Origin: Scyliorhinus canicula
Lineage: Eukaryota
Assembly (NCBI RefSeq): GCF_902713615.1
Contig: NC_052146.1
Span: forward strand, 183,571,469 to 183,635,468
DNA length: 64,000 nucleotides
Reading direction: 5' to 3'
Under the pieces are notes generated by a model that was not told where the DNA came from, did no database searches, and was given only the letters and a program-made list of their open reading frames with translations. Position 1 is the first letter of the stretch. The number at the start of each line of letters is the position of its first letter. Positions 1 to 13,100 of this stretch are shown here, in pieces. Made by a program: the position numbers and the translations under genes.

Positions 1-69
1 TTTCTGTTCTGAACTCAGCAGCCATCGATTGCCCAACTCCGCCCATCCAGTCTGCTGTGTCAGTCAGAG

Positions 70-219
70 TCTCAGGGCCGCCTCCCAGCGCTGCGGGTTG
101 GCTGACTGTCGCTGATGGCCTCGGTGACGGACGGAGCCCGGCACTGCGGCCGCTCTCCATAAAAGCGGAGGGAAGCGTCTTGCGGACTGTTGTGTTTTGT
201 TTTGAAGAGACGGAATAAG
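70..219 (+). promoter_or_regulatory. CpG-rich promoter/5'UTR of cystatin gene 1 with TATA-like CATAAAA (158-164)
   Basis: CpG-dense stretch directly upstream of ATG 220; CATAAAA about 60 nt before the start codon. Confidence 0.55.
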
Positions 220-429
220 ATGGCAATGATGGGGGCGCGAGGAGCGGTGGCTGTTGTGTTGCTGGCGTCTTTGGCCATTTGTTCGAACCTACTGGGGGCG
301 CCCGAGCCCGTGTCCCTCGATAGCCCCGAGGTGCAGAGTGCCGCGCAATTCGCCATCGCCGAGTACAACAAGGCTTCCAACGACATGTTCGCCAGCAAGA
401 TCGTGAGGATCATATCTGCCCGGCATCAG
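220..429 (+). CDS. Type-2 cystatin (cystatin C-like) gene 1, exon 1
   Basis: MAMMGARGAVAVVLLASLAICSN signal peptide; conserved Gly (LLGAP); AAQFAIAEYNKASNDMF helix including the SND motif; phase-0 donor CAG|GTAAAG. Confidence 0.93.
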
Positions 430-884
430 GTAAAGGGCTGCGCTGCACTCAGCCCCTGGCACAGGGCGAGTGTTCAACTCCTTTCTCGAGGGATAAAAAG
501 AGCCCGAGTTTGGGAAGAGAATCTGCCTTCAAACTCTGGGCAGGTTTGACAACCCTACAAGCAACTGGGGAAGGGGAAAGGTGCTGTGTGTTTAGGTTAA
601 TGCCTATTAGAGCTGAAAAACAGATGGTAAAACCCTACAATGTCCCAAGCTGGGTATCAAGAGGCTATTCTTTAAAACATCCTTGTTAGGGAGACACAGG
701 AGAAGCTTTGAGGGCAGATGGTGATTAAAAACTTGGTCAAAGACCCCCAAGGAGGCAAAGGGGGTGCAAAGGGTTAAGGGAGGGAATTCATGGGTTTAGA
801 AGCCAAATGGCTAAAGGCCCGGTTGTCTATTGTGAAATTGGGAATGCTTAAAAGTCTGGAACTGAAGTGTGCAGATGTCTAGGA

Positions 885-1170
885 TAGGCTAGAGCATTGC
901 TGCCTCAGAGCGCCAGGTACCCAGGTTCAATTCTGGCCTTGGGTGACTTGTGTTGTTTGTTTTTCACCGTATCTGCATGGGTTTTCTCTGGGTGGTCGGT
1001 CCAAAAATGTGCAGGTTACGTGGACTGGCAATGTTAAATTGCCCCTTAGTGTCCAAATGGTTAGGTGGGGTTACAGGGATAGGGTGGAGGTGTGGGGTGC
1101 TCTTCCCAAGGGCGAGTGCAGACTGGGTGGGACGAATGGCCAACTTCTGCACTGTAAATTCTATGATTAT
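885..1170 (+). mobile_element. tRNA-derived V-SINE (HE1-like) in intron 1
   Basis: tRNA-like head with B-box GGTTCAATTC, V-domain core, CR1-like tail CTGCACTGTAAATTCTATGATT. Confidence 0.8.
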
Positions 1171-1708
1171 GGAGAAAGGGAGGAGGAGGCGATGAAGGAA
1201 CTTGAAAAGAAAGGTGTAAGAAATTGAGGTATTGTTGGATCAGGAGGGGTGGATCCACTAAGAAACTGGAAACGCAGCGTATGTTTTAACTCAATAGCTT
1301 TGATAGACTTTTCTCAATGGTCACAAATGAAACGACTTGCCACTGAAAAGTGCCACAAACTGTTAAATCACTGACAGCAAATTGTACTGGACAGCTTTCA
1401 ATTTCACTTTCTATGTCCATCTCTGTGATTGCCTGGAAATAGAGGTACATAGTGAAGGAACGCCAACAGAAAACAATTGAAGGATTAACGGTTTAATTGA
1501 ATTGTGAAAATTAAAATTTCTGGTATAAAATTCTTGTCTGTCTGCCCTTGCTTCATTTGGATTACATTTTGTGCAGAAATAATTATTTTGGGAGTATACC
1601 GTATTTAACACTTGCAGAAAATCATTCTTACATTTTGGTTCAAGCCTTCAGATTTTCACTAATCTGGAGTTGTCTTTTTTTTGAAACATTATTTTCTTTC
1701 TTTTTTAG

Positions 1709-1816
1709 CTTGTTTCTGGGACAAAGTACATTCTGCAGGTTGAAGTGGCGAGAACGCAATGCCGTCTGGAACATGTTGTTGTTCTGCAAATCTGTGAACT
1801 CCATGAATCTCCACAG
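1709..1816 (+). CDS. Cystatin gene 1, exon 2
   Basis: Polypyrimidine tract then TAG acceptor; LVSGTKYILQVEVARTQC...C..SPQ completes QxVxG (Q|LVSG); donor CAG|GTAA; 108 nt. Confidence 0.93.
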
Positions 1817-2053
1817 GTAATTCTACATTTTGTCTTTACAATCATTTGTAGATTTTGGGATCTACTTGGTGGTCTCTGGCCCACAGAGCTAGGGTATAAA
1901 TTCACAATCTGGTTAAGTATCCAATTCAACCCGACTTTTCTACAAAACATTCTTTGTGCCAATTCCAGTGCTTCATAGGACGAATTTTGTTATACGATTT
2001 GGGTTCTTTAAATTAGAATGAACATGTCTTGGAGTAGGATCCTGCACACTTAA

Positions 2054-2363
2054 TCATAAAATCTTAGAATTTACAGTGCAGAAGGAGGCCATTCAGCCCA
2101 TCGGTTCTGCACCAGCCCTTGGAAAGGGCACTCCACTTAAGCCCACACCTCCATCCTATCCCAGTAACCCCACCTATCCTTTTTGGACACGGAAGGGCAA
2201 TTTAGAATGACCAATCCACCTAATTTGCAGATCTTTGGGCTGTGGGAGGAAACCAGAGCACCTGGAGGAAACCCATGCAGACACTGGGGGACCGTGTAGA
2301 CTCCACACCAACAGTGACCCAGGTCCCTGGTGCTGTGAAGCAACAATGCTAACCACTGTGCCA
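2054..2363 (-). mobile_element. V-SINE (HE1-like) in intron 2
   Basis: Reverse complement reads GGCACAGTGGTTAGCATTGTTGCTTCACAGC...GGGTTTCCTCCAGGTGCTCTGGTTTCCTCCCACAG...CTGCACTGTAAATTCT. Confidence 0.85.
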
Positions 2364-3404
2364 CTTATTTTTGAGCACACAGATCTTGAAGTAATGTGCA
2401 GAGGCTTTTCTCAATCCTGGACTGGTTTTGTAACACCTGTTCTCAGCAGCTTTTCCCTGAAGGGAAGCAAGTAGCTTCATAACTTGCAACAGAATATTTT
2501 GTGCTCCTCCAATTCATTAGTTAGGGGCAGCCTAGCCACTTGATGTACAAGATATGTGCCTGGGAATGGTGTGGAATGAAAGAGGACATTTGTGCTGTTG
2601 CCAGCATGGGAATAAAGTTTTCCAAACATTACTTGAGGCCAAAATATAATCTTTTAAGTTATGACGGTAGTTTTTATTTTTTTTTCTAGAAGCTAGCTCT
2701 AGCTAGAACATATCTAGCTCCTTCATGACTTGTGTGCTAATAGGATTATTAGAAAGGGTAGGAGAGGATTGAATATAGATTATTCCCTTGTCTAAAATGT
2801 TGAACTAAATATAATGAAAGGTAAAGTGATGATACTTGCAACGCTTTCCTGCGAGATCCTTCGCCCCACTACAGCGCGCCCACGCCTGCGCGTTTCCTGA
2901 TGGCGTGGAGTGGCCCCCAATTGGAAACCCTGTTGACCAGCTGCAGGAATGGAAAATCTAGCTGCTGGCGAGGGCATGCTGCACCGGAACCATCTTTAAT
3001 TAAATAGATAAATTTATATAATCTGTCATTACCATTGTTTCTGGCGAGATGACCATTTGTATCATACAATTGTATGAGTTTTGTCCAACATTACGTACCA
3101 ATATTATAATGCTGGCATGTTTGTTGGGGGGGGGGGGGGGGGGGGGGGAAGCATTTATTCACAACAGAATGGCTCATACTGATGTGAAGCTCATACTGAT
3201 GTGAAGCTAGGTTTCAATTTAAGCATTGCATCAATTTTCTCCAATGGATTAAAATTTTATTTCTATTCTCAGACATCATTGGAAATAGTTACTTCCAGGC
3301 TTAAGCTACTCCCTGTTGGAGGAGACATGACTATGATATAGTTTAAGTAACAAATAAATCCTGGAAAGGCTATCAAATTTCCAACAATTAATTTTATTTT
3401 TCAG

Positions 3405-3494
3405 ACTAAAATTTGCAACTTTGATGTTCTTTCAATCCCTTGGGACGAAGAAATTACTCTGCTAAAGTCGGAATGCGCACAATCAAAAAAATAA
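3405..3494 (+). CDS. Cystatin gene 1, exon 3 (terminal)
   Basis: TTTTCAG acceptor; TKICNFDVLSIPWDEEITLLKSECAQSKK* with the PW motif and second disulfide pair. Confidence 0.93.
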   Translation, partial: TKICNFDVLSIPWDEEITLLKSECAQSKK

Positions 3495-3659
3495 ATTTCT
3501 ACATTGCTGCAGATTAATTTTCATTTGGTTAATTCTTTAATAATGCTTTCAGCATACTGTACCAATGGAAACTATTGCCTTTACTGTATGGAAATCATGA
3601 TGTATAAAATTACATGCATCACCTACAAAGCAGAATTCCTGTAGCTTCCATTAAAGCTA

Positions 3660-3665
3660 AATAAA
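3660..3665 (+). terminator. Polyadenylation signal of cystatin gene 1
   Basis: AATAAA 165 nt after the stop, followed by T/GT-rich sequence. Confidence 0.6.
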
Positions 3666-3969
3666 AGTTTCTTAACACATCTTGGGGAGTGTCAGCAACA
3701 TGATTTCTTTCTGGGTCCTCGTGCATCTTTGATTCTAATAATTCCTGCTTTGACCTTGGCTAAGATCAAACTGAAGATCGGGTGCAACACATCTTGTCAG
3801 CTTGGATCTTTGAATTGTTTTTTCGAGCAAGCAAGGAGATGGATTAAGAGTTTACCCTGTCCACCCTACGCATCGGCTTTGTAACTTTTAAGAAAATAAT
3901 TTAATAAAAATTAAATGTTATGGTTAAATATGTCATATATTCAAGATAAACCACTTTAAGGCCCATTTC

Positions 3970-6070
3970 CATACAATTAACGAGAGCCACCCGTCATTCA
4001 ATGGTCTCCTGTCATTCACCAGCCTCCTCAGCAAATGCTCACACTGATGCCAATTAGTACTCCTTTTCAAAAATGTGAACCTGACAGAAGGGTTTCTGTG
4101 GGGAGCCAAGGAGATGAACAGCCATCTCTGCTAACACAGGCAAAGAGCCCGGGTGTGCTGGGCTTGCTGCCACTGTGGGGGAGGGGGACCCTCAGCTGGG
4201 GAGACCCGATGCAGGGGTGGGCTGCTATGGGAAGGGGGGTACTGGTGGAAATTGCTCGCAGCACCACCATGGCAACCCTTGGGTCCAATCTCCATTCCAG
4301 AGGCAACCCTATCTCTGCCCCACTGATCACCCATAACCCCCAGTGACTGCTGGAGCCGCTGGTTGCGTGGCTGAAGGCAATCGTGGTTAAGTGAGCTCTT
4401 GACACTTGCCAAGTAGCATGTGGGAGTCATTGCCTAGCATTTCGATTGCACCTTGATGCCTGGGCCCTGTGTGGAAGTTTTAACACCACACACAGCGGCC
4501 AAGATCCGAACACCGAGGGGATGGGACACAGCTCCAGGGACATGACCACGGCTGGAGGGTGCCATGGGGAGTGGGTTGCCTGGAGAGACTGACAACGGGT
4601 CCGTGGGTCAGCCCGCATTGCGGAAGAAAGTGACAGACATCATGATGTTTGTACAAAGTTGTTTAATGTACTGTACAATACACCATTTCTGATAGTCGCC
4701 TCCCCCACCCCGGCTCCCAACCCCTACCTACCTAACCCCTTTCATCTATCCCAGTGCCCTCAGTAATGCTCAACGTGCCTGGCCCTCCTAGCTGTACCGC
4801 CATGTCTTGGTGTTTCCCCAGGATGCACATCTGAGGTGGAGGCAGCCAGCTGCTTACCTCGTCCCGTGGCCTTCAATGACCCTGGCGAAAGCATCTTCTG
4901 GGGCCGGAGGGCCCAGGCTCACTTGTCGACGACACATGCACAGCTGTGATGCCTTGTCCCGTGTGCTGATCCTGAGATAAGGCCTCATCAGAGGGGTGGA
5001 ATTCAGAGTGCTGGTGGCACCGTCGCTGCCCTATGGGCCTAGGTTGGCACTCCGCGTCCTTTCCTCCCAGTCGGAGCCCATAAGCCCTGGGGTTCACCTT
5101 GGGATGGAGGGGCAACTGGTTCAGGGCCCGGCTGCCTCTGCATCATCTGGTTCTGTCAGCCCTGGTGGTTCCCCGTAGTCCGCACCATCGTGTTGACGCC
5201 CTCGGCAATGTTCCTCAGTGACTGGGACACATCCCACACTGACCGCGCCATTTCCATCTGAGAGCGGGACATGTCCCACAGAACCCCACCAAGGTCGACC
5301 TGGTACTGGGTGACATCCGCTGGTGAGGCAGACATACTACTGAGACTCGACTGCACAATGCCTTGGACACATTCACTCATGGTGCCGACATCGTGCACCA
5401 GGCTCTCCACTGTGGAAGCCACCCTAGCAGTGTTGGCTTCAGTGCCACTCCTATGCCTGTAGCCTCTGGGACTCCTCCAATCGGCTATGGAACTGCTGGA
5501 GTAACGCTGACATCTCCCCCTGAACATTCAGATTGGTTCCCTGGGTAACTCTGTTCAGAGGTCCAGGGATCCAGCTGACTTCCAACTGCTGTCTCGCGGG
5601 GGGGGGGGGTTCCTGCCTCCACCAGATGTACATCAGCAGCAGTGTGATGCTCACCAGATTGTGCCCCAGAAGCCTGACGACTAACATTTTGCACTGAGGT
5701 GTGTGTATCTGCTGGTGGAGGCTGGGGATGACAGCTGTGCCGCGAGTATAACAGTTGCGTCCTTGAAGCTCTCCTCTGAGGTGTTCTCCCCAGAGTCAGT
5801 AGAGGGAGCTGCCCAGGATGGGCTGCGCCATCGGCTGCTGGAACTGGGGGAGAATGGACATGTGGTCAGTGCGAGGAATGCGTCAGTCAGGCAATCACTA
5901 CACATCTTTGACAGGTCCTCCGGGTGGAACCTGGTGGTGCCTCACCTCTGCGGCGTCCGCCAGCCTCCACGTTGGTGACCACCCTGTCCTGGGCGACACC
6001 AGTCCCTCCAGGGCCCGCTCCTCGAAGGAAGTGAGGATTCTCAAGTCCGGCCCCCCACCAGGTCCTCTCC
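3970..6070. mobile_element. Degenerate PIF/Harbinger-type DNA transposon (Myb/SANT-like ORF remnant on -)
   Basis: GGPDLRILTSFEERAL-like and coiled-coil remnants on -; resembles other Harbinger remnants in the window. Confidence 0.55.
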
Positions 6071-6642
6071 CGCCGATTATGAGAGAGCTTCTACTGAGAG
6101 GACACATAGAGGGCATCGTTAGCCACACAGGTGGTTGACAGTTGTGGGGGCGGGTGTGAAGGCAGGGTTATAATGGAGTTTACAAAGAAATCCCCGACAT
6201 AGACACACACCAACTGATGATGGGAGGAGACTTTAACTGTGCAGGACCCATGAACAGACAGGCCGAAAACTGAAAAGACCTTCAACGTGGTGAAAGAACT
6301 CAGCTTGTTCATGGAGCAAATGGGGACAACAGACCCATGACGGTTCACCCACCCAGGGGAGAAGGAGTGAACCCAAGAGCATAATATTTATTTATGGATC
6401 GACTTCTTTTTAGTGGGAAAAGAGGTGCTTCCAGGGGTAGTAAGAGTGGAATACTCCGCAATTCTAATCTTCAACCACGCTCCACAATATATGGATGTGA
6501 AGTTGGAGACGGGCCATGCTAAACACCCCCCTGTAAGTTGGACACGGCCCTCCTGGCTGGCAAGGCCTTCTGTGAGAAAACATCATAGGCCATAGGCGAG
6601 CGTGTTACTAACATCCAGAATGGGGAGGACTCACCCTCCAAG

Positions 6643-8519
6643 GATCTAAAGAGAGAGCTGAGACGAGCAAGGAGGGGACATGAGAAGTCTTTGGCAGGTA
6701 GGATCAAGGAAAACCCAAAAGCTTTCTATAGGTATGTCAGGAATAAAAGAATGACTAGGGTAAGAGTAGGGCCAGTCAAGGACAGTGGTGGGAAGTTGTG
6801 TGTGGAGGCTGAGGAGATAAGCGAGATACTAAATGAATACTTTTCGTCAGTATTCACTCAAGAAAAAGATAATATTGTGGAGGAGAATGCTGAGACCCAG
6901 GCTATTAGAATAGATGGCATTGAGGTGCGTAGGGAAGAAGTGTTGGCAATTCTGGACAAGGTGAAAATAGATAAGTCCCCGGGGCCGGATGGGATTTATC
7001 CTAGGATTCTCTGGGAAGCCAGGGAAGAGATTGCTGAGCCTTTGGCTTTGATTTTTAGGTCATCATTGGCTACAGGAATAGTGCCAGAGGACTGGAGGAT
7101 AGCAAATGTGGTCCCTTTGTTCAAGAAGGGGAGTAGAGATAACCCCGGTAACTATAGGCCGGTGAGCCTAACGTCTGTGGTGGGTAAGGTCTTGGAGAGG
7201 ATTATAAAAGATACGATTTATAATCATCTAGATAGGAATAATATGATTAGGGATAGTCAGCATGGTTTTGTGAAGGGTAGGTCATGCCTCACAAACCTTA
7301 TCGAGTTCTTTGAGAAGGTGACTGAACAGGTAGACGAGGGTAGAGCAGTTGATGTGGTGTATATGGATTTCAGTAAAGCGTTTGATAAGGTGCCCCACGG
7401 TCGGCTATTGCAGAAAATACGGAGGCTGGGGATTGAGGGTGATTTAGAGATGTGGATCAGAAATTGGCTAGTTGAAAGAAGACAGAGAGTGGTAGTTGAT
7501 GGGAAATGTTCAGAATGGAGTTCAGTTACGAGTGGCGTACCACAAGGATCTGTTCTGGGGCCGTTGCTGTTTGTCATTTTTATAAATGACCTAGAGGAGG
7601 GCGCAGAAGGATGGGTGAGTAAATTTGCAGACGACACTAAAGTCGGTGGAGTTGTAGACAGTGTGGAAGGATGTTGCAGGTTACAGAGTGACATAGATAA
7701 GCTGCAGAGCTGGGCTGAGAGGTGGCAAATGGAGTTTAATGTGAAGAAGTGTGAGGTGATTCACTTTGGAAAGAATAACAGGAATGCGGAATATTTGGCT
7801 AATGGTAAAATTCTTGGTAGTGTGGATGAGCAGAGGGATCTCGGTGTCCATGTACATAGATCCCTGAAAGTTGCCACCCAGGTTGATAGGGTTGTGAAGA
7901 AGGCCTATGGTGTGTTGGCCTTTATTGGTAGAGGGATTGAGTTCCGGAGCCATGAGGTCATGTTGCAGTTGTACAAAACTCTAGTACGGCCGCATTTGGA
8001 GTATTGCGTACAGTTCTGGTCGCCTCATTATAGGAAGGACGTGGAAGCCTTGGAACGGGTGCAGAGGAGATTTACCAGGATGTTGCCTGGTATGGAGGGA
8101 AAATCTTATGAGGAAAGGCTGATGGACTTGAGGTTGTTTTCGTTAGAGAGAAGAAGGTTAAGAGGTGACTTAATAGAGGCATACAAAATGATCAGAGGGT
8201 TAGATAGGGTGGACAGCGAGAGCCTTCTCCCGCGGATGGAGGTGGCTAGCACGAGGGGACATAGCCTTAAATTGAGGGGTAATAGATATAGGACAGAGGT
8301 CAGAGGTGGGTTTTTTACGCAAAGAGTGGTGAGGCCGTGGAATGCCCTACCTGCAACAGTAGTGAACTCGCCAACATTGAGGGCATTTAAAAGTTTATTG
8401 GATAAGCATATGGATGATAAGGGCATAGTGTAGGTTAGATGGCCTTTAGTTTTTTTTTCCATGTCGGTGCAACATCGAGGGCCGAAGGGCCTGTACTGCG
8501 CTGTATCGTTCTATGTTCT
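6643..8519 (+). mobile_element. 5'-truncated young CR1 LINE
   Basis: Uninterrupted RT ORF, CR1 3'UTR ending in TTCTATG-type repeat, short AAG duplication in the host L1. Confidence 0.92.
6691..8433 (+). CDS. CR1 ORF2 reverse transcriptase (C-terminal 580 aa, open)
   Basis: KSPGPDG, NYRPVSLTS, YMDFSKAFD, GVPQGSVLGP, FADD motifs. Confidence 0.9.
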   Translation: MAGRIKENPKAFYRYVRNKRMTRVRVGPVKDSGGKLCVEAEEISEILNEYFSSVFTQEKDNIVEENAETQAIRIDGIEVRREEVLAILDKVKIDKSPGPDGIYPRILWEAREEIAEPLALIFRSSLATGIVPEDWRIANVVPLFKKGSRDNPGNYRPVSLTSVVGKVLERIIKDTIYNHLDRNNMIRDSQHGFVKGRSCLTNLIEFFEKVTEQVDEGRAVDVVYMDFSKAFDKVPHGRLLQKIRRLGIEGDLEMWIRNWLVERRQRVVVDGKCSEWSSVTSGVPQGSVLGPLLFVIFINDLEEGAEGWVSKFADDTKVGGVVDSVEGCCRLQSDIDKLQSWAERWQMEFNVKKCEVIHFGKNNRNAEYLANGKILGSVDEQRDLGVHVHRSLKVATQVDRVVKKAYGVLAFIGRGIEFRSHEVMLQLYKTLVRPHLEYCVQFWSPHYRKDVEALERVQRRFTRMLPGMEGKSYEERLMDLRLFSLERRRLRGDLIEAYKMIRGLDRVDSESLLPRMEVASTRGHSLKLRGNRYRTEVRGGFFTQRVVRPWNALPATVVNSPTLRAFKSLLDKHMDDKGIV

Positions 8520-8651
8520 AAGTTCTGGGAGGCGCTGAAGGCTGCGATCAGGGGTGAAATTATAGTTTACAAAGCAAGAAGAGATAGAGAAGAGAGGGTG
8601 GCTAGGCAACACCTAGTCAACACCATACTGGAGGTAGACCGGTGATACTCC

Positions 8652-8758
8652 CGTACCAGCCTCCCCGGACAGGCGCCGGAATGTGGCGACTAGGGGCTTT
8701 TCGCAGTAACTTCATTGAAGCCTACTCGTGACAATAAGCGATTTTCATTTCATTTTTC
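8652..8758 (+). mobile_element. 5'-truncated SINE/LINE 3' tail
   Basis: Tail shared with the SINE at 54131-54440; (TTTCA)n end; TSD ATACTCC at 8645-8651 and 8759-8765. Confidence 0.7.
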
Positions 8759-8785
8759 ATACTCCGAGGCCCCGACCATAGAAAT

Positions 8786-10130
8786 CTTTTTTTTTAGAAA
8801 ATATTTTATTGAGGAATTTATAATTTTAACAATTTTACCCGTCAAATTTTCAACAAAAAGAAACAAGAAAAATGCAACAATATAACAAACAACCCCCCGC
8901 GCACAAAACCCCAGCCAACATGGCTTACACAAACAGTGCCACCTTCCCCAACTCCTGTCCTTTCTCATCTCTCTCATGCTTCCCCTTCCCCCGACCCCGC
9001 CGCTGACAGCTTAATTCTTCTCGATGAATGGCTGCCACCTCCGAGCAAACCCCTGCAGTAATGATCCTCTCAAAGCGAATTTAATTTTCTCGAGTCTGAG
9101 AAACCCCGCCATGTTACTAACCTGCAACCCCGACTTCGGGGGCTCCGCGTCCCTCCACCCTAAAAGGATCCATCTCCGGGCCACCAGGGAAGCAAAGGCC
9201 AGGACGTCGGCCTCTTTCACCCCCTGGGCTCCCAGGTCTTCCGACACACCGAAGATCGCCACTGTTGGACTCAACAACACCCTCATTTGTAAGACCTCTG
9301 ACATGACGTCAGAAAATCCCTGAAAGAAACCCCTCGGCCTCGCCCAAAACATATGGATATGATTAGCCAGACACCCGCACAGCGCCCACACTTATCCTCC
9401 ACTTCCTCAAAGTACCTGCTCATCCGGGCTACAGTCATGTGCGCCCTGTGGACCACCTTAAACTGTATCAGGCTGAGCCTGGGGCACGACGACGACGCAT
9501 TAACTCTCCTCAGGAACTCCTCCCATAATCAGGCCTCCAACTCCACCACCCAGTTCCTCTTCTCACTTTCTCTTCACCTCCCCTTATGGGCCCCCTCCCA
9601 TTCCATCAGTTAATTATAGATTTCTCAGGCCTTCCCCTCTCCTACTCCTGTTCTCGGCACCACCTTATCCAGTAGCCGCTGGGGCAGCAGGTGCGGGAAG
9701 GTCAAAACCTGCCTCCGCACGAAATCCCTCACCTGCAGATACCGGACCGCATTCCCCCCATGGCAACTCAAACTCCTCCTCCAGGCTAGGGAAACCCTCA
9801 TCAATAAACAGATCTCTAAATGTCTCAAACCCCGCATGCTGCCACCTCCGGAAACCCCCATCTAGCCCCCCCCCCCCCCCCCCCCCCCCTCCGGAGCGAA
9901 CCGGTGGTTGTCACATATCGGTGCCCACGCTGACCCACCCTCTAACCCCCTGTGCTGTCTCCACTGTCCCCAAGCCCTCAGGGCTGTCACCACTACTGGG
10001 CTTGTGGAGTACTGAGCCGGCGAGAACGGCAGACGTGCCATTAAAAGTGCATCCAAACTCATGTCCTTACATGAGGCTGCCTCCTCCCATTCCCATACCG
10101 ACCCCTCCCCCACTACCCACTTCCTGATCA
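8786..10130 (-). mobile_element. 5'-truncated L1/Tx1 (ORF2 C-terminus, 3'UTR, polyA)
   Basis: PolyT at ~8786-8794; ANHIHMFW...KIKFALRGS...WQPFI on -; degenerate TSD GACC(A/G)TAGA. Confidence 0.8.
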
Positions 10131-13100
10131 TGACCGTAGAGCTCTTGGCGGAGCGGAAAAAGGTACAGATAAGCTTTGACCTGCTCTCCACGAGGAAAGC
10201 AATGCACCAACTCCGCTAGATACGGGGAACCCTGTACGAACACGGAGACAAAGCCAGTCGCCTGATGCCTCAGTAGCTGAGAAAGCAGGCAGCAATGAGA
10301 GAAATAGCCCAGATTAGGGCCAATAAAGGCAACTGATTAGCGGATCCGGATAAGGTCAACGAGGCATTCAAGACTGTCTACCGGGGGGCTGTACACCTCC
10401 CAACCCACAGTAGGGGACTTGAGAATGAAGCAGCTCCTTGATGGACTAGACATGCCAGTTGTGGGGGAGGATAGGAGATGGGGCATGGAAGTACCATGAG
10501 AACTGGGAGTGGTCGTGGAGAGTATTAGCTCCATGCTGGCGGGTTAGGCACCTGGACCGGACGGTTTCCCGGTGGACATCGACAAAACTTTGCGACAGCA
10601 CTGGCCACGCACCTGCGGGAGATGTTCACAGGCTCACTGGTGAGGGATGGCACAAGCAGCAATATTTCTGATACCTGAGAAAGACAAAGACCCAGATGAA
10701 AGTGGTTTCTACAGACCCATCTCATTGCTAAACGCATACGCGAAGATACTGGCCAAGATCCTAGCCAAAAGGCCAGAGGACTGCATACCAGAGGTGGTAG
10801 CAGAAGACCTTTGTTAAGAATCGACAGCTATAACATCAGGCACTTGCTGAACATGATCATGACCCCATCCGGGGAGAGAACACCCTAGGTGATCATCTCC
10901 CTGGATACAGAAAAGGCCTTCGACAGAGTCAAATGGAAGTACCTCATACAGCGAGCGTACGGACAAATCCCAACAGCTAAGTACTCCCAGTTGCACAAGG
11001 CAGGGATGCCTGTTATACCCGCTGCTGTTCGCCTAGGTGATCAAACCACTGGCGATCGGCTTAGGGCGGCAAAGAACTGGAAAGGGATCCGGAGAGGAGG
11101 CTGAGAGCACAGAGGCTCTAGCGGATGACCTTCTCTTCTACATCTCAGACCCATGGAACAGCATGGAAGGAATCATGGCACTCTTGAAAGAGTTTGGAGC
11201 CTTCTATGGCTACAAACTGACCTGAGCAAAAGCGAGATCTTCCTGGTGAACTCGCAAGGGGGAGGGACAGATCTGGAGGGGTTGTCTTGCAAACAGGCCC
11301 AACACAAATTCCATTACCTTGGGGATCCAAATCACTCATGACTGGACAGGGATCCACAAGTGGAACCTGAACAGCCTGACGGATGAAGTAAAAAAAGGAC
11401 CGACAGAGATGGAGCACACTCCCACTCTCCCTGGCAGGATAGTGCAGATGAAGATAAACGTACTGCCCAAGTTCCTCTTCCTATTTAGATCCTTCCCGAT
11501 CTAGTAGGGCAGGGGGGTGGGTACCAGAGCAATAGGTCAGAAGGTGAAAGCATTGAGGGAGAAGTAGGGAATAGGGCCAGTATGGCTCTGAGGAAGAGCA
11601 GACAGGGAGATGTTGCTGAAAACAGCGGATCTGGTGGCCTGAAGTGCATATGTTTTAATGCAAGTATTACAGGTAAGGCAGATGAACTTAGAGCTTGGAT
11701 TAGTACTTGGAACTATGATGTTGTTGCCATTACAGAGACCTGGTTGACGGAAGGAGAGGATTGGCAGCTAAACGTTCCAGGATTTAGATGTTTCAGGCGG
11801 GATAGAGGGGGATGTAAAAGGGGTGGCGGAGTTGCGCTACTGGTTAGGGAGAATATCACAGCTGTACTACTGGAGGACACCTCAGAGGGCCGCAAGGCTA
11901 TATGGGTAGAGATCAGGAATAAGAAGGGTGCAGTCACAATGTTGGGGGTTTACTACAGGCCTCCCAACAGCCAGCAGGAGATAGAGGAGCAGATAGGTAG
12001 ACAGATTTTGGAAACGAGTAAAGACAACAGGGTTGTTGTGATGGGAGACTTCAACTTCCCCAATATTGACTGGGACTCACTTAGTGCTAGGGGCTTAGAC
12101 GGGGCAGAGTTTGTAAGGAGCATCCAGGAGGGCTTCTTAAAACAATATGTAGACAGTCCAACTAGGGAAGGGGCTGTACTGGACCTGGTATTGGGGAATG
12201 AGCCTGACCAGTTGGTAGAAGTTTCAGTAGGGGAGCATTTCGGGAACAGTGACCACAATTCAGTAAGTTTTAAAGTGCTGGTGGACAAGGTAAGAGTGGT
12301 CCTAGGGTGAATGTGCTAAATTGGGGGAAGGCTAATTATAACAATATTAGGCGGGAACTGAAGAACCTAGATTGGGGGCGGATATTTGAGGGTAAATCAA
12401 CATCTGACATGTGGGAGGCTTTGAAATGTCAGTTGAAAGGAATTCAGGACCGGCATGTTCCTGTGCGGAAGAAGAATAAATACAGCAAATTTCGGGAACC
12501 TTGGAGAACGAGAGATATTGTAGGCCTCATCAAAAAGAAAAAGGAGGCTTTTGTCAGGGCTAGAAGGCTGGAACAAACGAAGCTTGTGTGGAATATAAGG
12601 AAAGTAGGAAGGAACTTAAGCAAGTAGTCAGGAGGGCTAGAAGGGGTCATGAAAAGTCATTGGCAAATAAGGTTAAGGAAAATCCCATGGCTTTTTACAC
12701 GTACATAAAAAGCAAGAGGGTAGACAGGGAAAGGGTTGGCCCACTGAAGGATAGGCAAGGGAATCTATATATAGAGCCAGAGGAAATGGGCGAGGTACTA
12801 AATGAATACTTTGCATCAGTATTCACCAAAGGAATCGGTGGATGTTGAGTCTGGAGAAGGGTGTGTAGATAGCCTGGGTCACATTTAGATCCAAAAAGAC
12901 GACGTGTTGGGTGTCTTGAAAAATATTAAGATAGATAAGTCCCCAGGGCCTGATGGGATCTACCCCAGAATACTGAAGGAGACTAGAGAGGAAATTGCTG
13001 AGGCCTTGACAAAAATCTTTGGATCCTCACTGTCTTCAGGTGATGTCCCGGAGGACTGGAGAATAGCCAATGTTGTTCCTTTGTTTAAGAAGGGTAGCAA

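Noticed and set aside
190-549. Single-exon 119-aa ORF
   Set aside because: The real start is ATG 220, and homology ends at the splice donor at 429.
885-950. tRNA genes at SINE heads
   Set aside because: Only A/B-box-like remnants fused to SINE cores; no full cloverleaf.
3172-3208. 17-bp tandem duplication GCTCATACTGATGTGAA in intron 2
   Set aside because: Ordinary slippage duplication with no evidence of function.
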